Assembly (NCBI GenBank): GCA_002633005.1
Contig: NMRA01000322.1
Location: forward strand, 62,001 to 126,000
DNA: 64,000 bases
Direction of reading: 5' to 3'
Source: Phoronis australis
Lineage: Eukaryota; Animalia; Phoronida
Shown here piece by piece: positions 62,001 to 64,000 of this stretch (its first letter is position 1; every line of letters starts with the position of its first letter). The position numbers and the translations under genes were made by a program. The notes below the pieces were generated by a model that did not search any database, was not told the DNA's origin, and worked only from the letters and a program-made list of their open reading frames with translations.

Positions 62001-63374
62001 CATTGATCATGCATTAGCTTGCATGCCATAAACAGGGAGGGTGTTAGTCCGATTGGCAGTGAAAATGACCAGAGAAATTCAAGAACCAATCAGGCTATTT
62101 GAGCCATGAGCAGAGAAGGAGATTACACGTTACAAATGATTTGAAATAACCTGACCACCACCCCACCATGAGCGTTGTTGGCTTCTGAAGACGGCTGCTG
62201 TAAGAAGCCGAAACTGTCAGGGGGTAATTAACTCAACTGGTCATGTCACAAGAATTTTCTAGTACATCTACATTAGACCTTCTTTTAATCAAACGTAAAT
62301 TATTTTACCTGCAGCGGACCCCGATGACGATGTCTGAGCAGCTGCAGCGGAGCTTGATGAAGAAGCAGACGCCGACGACACAGAAGAACCTTACGAGGAC
62401 ATAATGAAAGACATTTCAAACTTAAACTGCATATAAACATAGACTGTACAAAGTTAGTGAAAACCAGGTACATGTAAATCATAATGATGACGAACATCCC
62501 ATGCAAATTAGTCACAAGTCAATACGGCAATTAATGAGTTGGTTCAAGTACAAGAGTTGTTAGGCACATGTAACACTTTACATAATATAGAAAACGCTGA
62601 GGTTTAGAAAAATTACACTTGCACTGAGTCGGGAAAATGGATCAAAAAATTGCAATTCAATCATAAGTGTCAAATGACTGTCAGATTCTGTTCAGATTCG
62701 CACGGAGGGTGACAGCGTCGGTTTATTTTAATTTCCGACGTGTACATACTTGCTGCAGCAGAAGACGTTGACTGCACCGCAGCTACGGAGGAGCTTGAAG
62801 GAGAAGCAGACGAAGCCGACACAGAAGACGAGCCTATACAGACAAACACACCAACACGTCAACATGCATCGAGTTAAAAACGCAGTGTTAAAACACGGTT
62901 TCACAGTCCATCGTGCACCAAATACAATACTGGGATTGTAAGCCATGCATTTAGAAATAAATAATTGTTTTCGATCAAAGTTAATGGACTTTGCTAAACG
63001 GTGAGTTTTAGAAACAACATACGTAAAGGGCTAGGTTATTACACACGAGACATTGACAATGCCCCAATGAGTACACTACCATTGGCAACATATTTGTTAT
63101 GTGTACTTGACAACACACACGAAACATTCACAATGTTCCAATGACAACATTGGGCAGACTGGCTACAACCCGTTGCTTATATCGAGTCCCTTTGATTGAC
63201 CCACCGAATACTTCTAGAAATGGAACGTGCCATGTGGAGAAAACAACGCAACAGCATTGATGGTTCATTTGATTAATGACTTGTACATACTTGCTGCAGC
63301 AGAAGACGTTGACTGCACCGCAGCTACGGAGGAGCTTGATGGAGAAGCAGACGAAGCCGACACAGAAGACGAGC
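34982..63374 (-). CDS. MUC4-like / mucin-like type I membrane protein (SA-rich repeats, EGF, CCP, TSP1, NIDO, AMOP, VWD, Ig-like, cbEGF array, TSP1, SEA-like, TM); 5' end outside window
   Basis: 32 exons with canonical GT-AG and mutually compatible phases, 7553 coding nt. DxDEC cbEGF, WxxWxxC TSP1, GDPH VWD, APFW NIDO, RRP AMOP and TM motifs. Probable polyA signal (tttatt on + strand) at 33046. Confidence 0.93.
35513..35791 (-). CDS. Mucin-like gene exon: Thr/Pro stalk + transmembrane helix
   Basis: [37 protein letters not shown]. Confidence 0.92.
36260..36499 (-). CDS. Mucin-like gene exon: SEA-like module with furin site
   Basis: [16 protein letters not shown]; phase 2-2. Confidence 0.85.
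37044..37177 (-). CDS. Mucin-like gene exon: membrane-proximal (SEA-like) module
   Basis: [22 protein letters not shown]; phase 0-2. Confidence 0.85.
37593..37657 (-). CDS. Mucin-like gene exon: start of membrane-proximal module
   Basis: ttgtag|TG..ATT|gtaagt; phase 1-0 bridges the flanking exons. Confidence 0.8.
38082..38255 (-). CDS. Mucin-like gene exon: TSP1 (not in ORF track frame)
   Basis: [32 protein letters not shown]. Confidence 0.93.
38541..38666 (-). CDS. Mucin-like gene exon: cbEGF
   Basis: [11 protein letters not shown]. Confidence 0.92.
39023..39268 (-). CDS. Mucin-like gene exon: 2 EGF
   Basis: [21 protein letters not shown]. Confidence 0.92.
40237..40500 (-). CDS. Mucin-like gene exon: 2 cbEGF
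   Basis: DIDEC..DVNEC. Confidence 0.92.
40912..41288 (-). CDS. Mucin-like gene exon: 3 EGF/cbEGF
   Basis: [20 protein letters not shown]; phase 2-1. Confidence 0.9.
41537..41690 (-). CDS. Mucin-like gene exon: cbEGF
   Basis: [13 protein letters not shown]; phase 1-2. Confidence 0.9.
42100..42610. repeat. Degenerate ~55-60-bp minisatellite interrupted by a small palindromic MITE (42407-42553, catgggc...gcccatg)
   Basis: Repeated tgtgttgacattatg..agctacctg units on both sides of the MITE. Confidence 0.65.
42657..42911 (-). CDS. Mucin-like gene exon: 2 cbEGF
   Basis: DVDEC..DLNEC. Confidence 0.92.
43397..43519 (-). CDS. Mucin-like gene exon: cbEGF (not in ORF track)
   Basis: [27 protein letters not shown]. 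Confidence 0.9.
43990..44121 (-). CDS. Mucin-like gene exon: cbEGF
   Basis: [12 protein letters not shown]. Confidence 0.92.
44380..44605 (-). CDS. Mucin-like gene exon: EGF
   Basis: [23 protein letters not shown]; phase 0-1. Confidence 0.88.
44996..45183 (-). CDS. Mucin-like gene exon: cbEGF
   Basis: [27 protein letters not shown]. Confidence 0.92.
45546..45595. repeat. 25-bp perfect tandem duplication
   Basis: acgatacggtccgtacagacctcta x2. Confidence 0.95.
45713..45913 (-). CDS. Mucin-like gene exon: cbEGF
   Basis: [21 protein letters not shown]; uses the third of three tandem acceptors. Confidence 0.88.
45884..46076 (-). repeat. 80-bp tandem repeat triplicating an intron/exon junction
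   Basis: cag|gtgcccagaactgca..cctgcctggca at 46073, 45993, 45913. Confidence 0.93.
46417..46684 (-). CDS. Mucin-like gene exon: EGF repeats (not in ORF track frame)
   Basis: [50 protein letters not shown]. Confidence 0.9.
48067..48966. mobile_element. 900-bp MITE, ~270-bp near-perfect TIRs, TAG termini, 9-bp TSD (AcademH-like)
   Basis: gcgtgctca|taggcaatg...cattgccta|gcgtgctca. Confidence 0.9.
49111..49391 (-). CDS. Mucin-like gene exon: Ig/cadherin-like beta domain
   Basis: [24 protein letters not shown]. Confidence 0.88.
49719..50009 (-). CDS. Mucin-like gene exon: post-VWD (C8-like) region
   Basis: [20 protein letters not shown]. Confidence 0.9.
50647..50979 (-). CDS. Mucin-like gene exon: VWD C-terminal part
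   Basis: [26 protein letters not shown]. Confidence 0.93.
51370..52010 (-). mobile_element. Penelope-like retroelement fragment (GIY-YIG on minus strand, inverted RT-thumb piece on plus strand)
   Basis: [21 protein letters not shown] (minus); DRVYRI..LQKKGYP (plus, ~51865-52000); terminal ctgagta..gaaacgttg motif. Confidence 0.82.
52407..52649 (-). CDS. Mucin-like gene exon: VWD N-terminus (GDPH)
   Basis: [28 protein letters not shown]. Confidence 0.93.
54245..54392. mobile_element. ~145-bp MITE-like inverted repeat
   Basis: cgttcagtaacgct..ctagctaaaa / ttttaagcgag..agcgttactgaacg. Confidence 0.65.
54905..56140 (-). CDS. Mucin-like gene exon: NIDO + divergent AMOP (1236 nt)
   Basis: [35 protein letters not shown]. 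Confidence 0.92.
56707..56838 (-). CDS. Mucin-like gene exon: cbEGF
   Basis: [24 protein letters not shown]. Confidence 0.92.
57114..57260 (-). CDS. Mucin-like gene exon: cbEGF (not in ORF track)
   Basis: [28 protein letters not shown]; phase 1-1. Confidence 0.88.
58103..58420 (-). CDS. Mucin-like gene exon: TSP1 + EGF-like
   Basis: [18 protein letters not shown]; [16 protein letters not shown]. Confidence 0.9.
58608..58721 (-). CDS. Mucin-like gene exon: cbEGF
   Basis: [27 protein letters not shown]. Confidence 0.92.
59734..60087 (-). CDS. Mucin-like gene exon: two Sushi/CCP domains
   Basis: VSCGQP..FTCAVGY..CSANKSW..C twice. Confidence 0.92.
60476..60781 (-). CDS. Mucin-like gene exon: Ser/Ala region + EGF
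   Basis: [31 protein letters not shown]. Confidence 0.9.
60882..61393. mobile_element. Older, diverged relative of the 48067 MITE (TAG..CTA, 9-bp TSD)
   Basis: ctcacagca|tag...cta|ttcacagca; shares ttccaactcgaa..aaactttttc..cagttcccaaaat blocks. Confidence 0.82.
61960..62230 (+). mobile_element. Penelope-like element 3' fragment (GIY-YIG C-terminus)
   Basis: [22 protein letters not shown] resembles the typical PLE end KSAxxDH..MNRDxGxYxL..W. Confidence 0.7.
62181..62224 (+). ncRNA. Minimal type I hammerhead ribozyme motif (PLE-associated)
   Basis: CUGAAGA-c-GGCU..AGCC-GAAA-cu-GUC; immediately follows the PLE ORF remnant. Confidence 0.65.
62309..62389 (-). CDS. Mucin-like gene exon: Ser/Ala repeat (81 nt)
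   Basis: aag|GT..GCAG|gtaaaa; [26 protein letters not shown]. Confidence 0.75.
62750..62833 (-). CDS. Mucin-like gene exon: Ser/Ala repeat (near-identical duplicate)
   Basis: Copy of 63291-63374 including intron flank. Confidence 0.8.
63291..63374 (-). CDS. Mucin-like gene exon: Ser/Ala repeat (84 nt, phase 1-1)
   Basis: catag|GC..GCAA|gtatgt; [27 protein letters not shown]. Confidence 0.8.
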
Positions 63375-64000
63375 CTATGCAGACAAACACGCCAACACAT
63401 AAACATGCATCGAGTTAAAAAACGCAGTGTTAAGACACGGTTTCACATTTAAGCCACAACACAGATTCACCAAAATTATTTACCTCGGTTAATAAAGTCT
63501 CACACCAAACTACATGAATATTTTTGAAATTAAAGGTATCCTGCAGTGTCAAATATTCATGATGAAATCTCATTAGAAATTTGATTTTTCTGAGATCAGC
63601 ATCAGCACGCACTCGACCCAGCACCGTCGGGCGTCGCAGTCGAACACCCTCCTGGCACTGCTAAATTTCACTACCTAAAAGGTGGAAATTGTTAAGTGAA
63701 TTTAAAACCTCTCCGTTCCGTTGACGTGATAACATTGCCAAAATAAAAGACTTCGTGAGACATTGCCATGTTCACACTAGCTTCGTTCGCAAGATTTTGA
63801 GTCAACGGAACTCATCCCCTCAAACGCCCTTGATTACAGAAAATGTTTGGCAGACAATGGCGAGCATTATCAATTTGTAATACAATCAAAGGAACACATC
63901 ATATTTTATTCTTTTATAGCTCTGACCAAAGCTAAAAACTTCAACAATAATCTTTTAATTTTCACATGTTTGTGTAAGTATTATGTTTAATAATAATGTT

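Overview
AT-rich, repeat-rich genomic DNA from an invertebrate animal, with GT-AG introns and no prokaryotic features. Three host genes are supported. (1) An intronless GPR21/GPR52-like orphan class A GPCR at 1677-2702 (+). (2) The last three coding exons (TM5, TM6-7, cytoplasmic tail) of an adhesion/secretin-class GPCR at 14577-22040 (+). (3) A 5'-incomplete gene on the minus strand (34982 to >63374) with at least 32 exons, all splice phases compatible, and about 2,500 aa visible. It encodes a MUC4-like type I membrane protein: Ser/Ala repeat exons, EGF, 2x CCP, TSP1, NIDO-AMOP-VWD (GDPH), Ig/cadherin-like, a long cbEGF array, TSP1, a SEA-like module with a furin site, a Thr-rich stalk, TM and a short tail. 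The rest is mobile-element debris: L2/CR1 and L1/Tx1 LINE fragments, a SINE head, two Penelope-like fragments ending in hammerhead-ribozyme motifs, Academ-like DNA elements (an XPG-nuclease remnant and TAG-ended MITEs with 9-bp TSDs), a 4.35-kb CACTG/TA element with unidentified cargo, and several MITEs and satellites. A 3-5 kb tandem duplication across a single N (29574) is probably two haplotypes. All calls come from reading the sequence by eye; no database searches were run.
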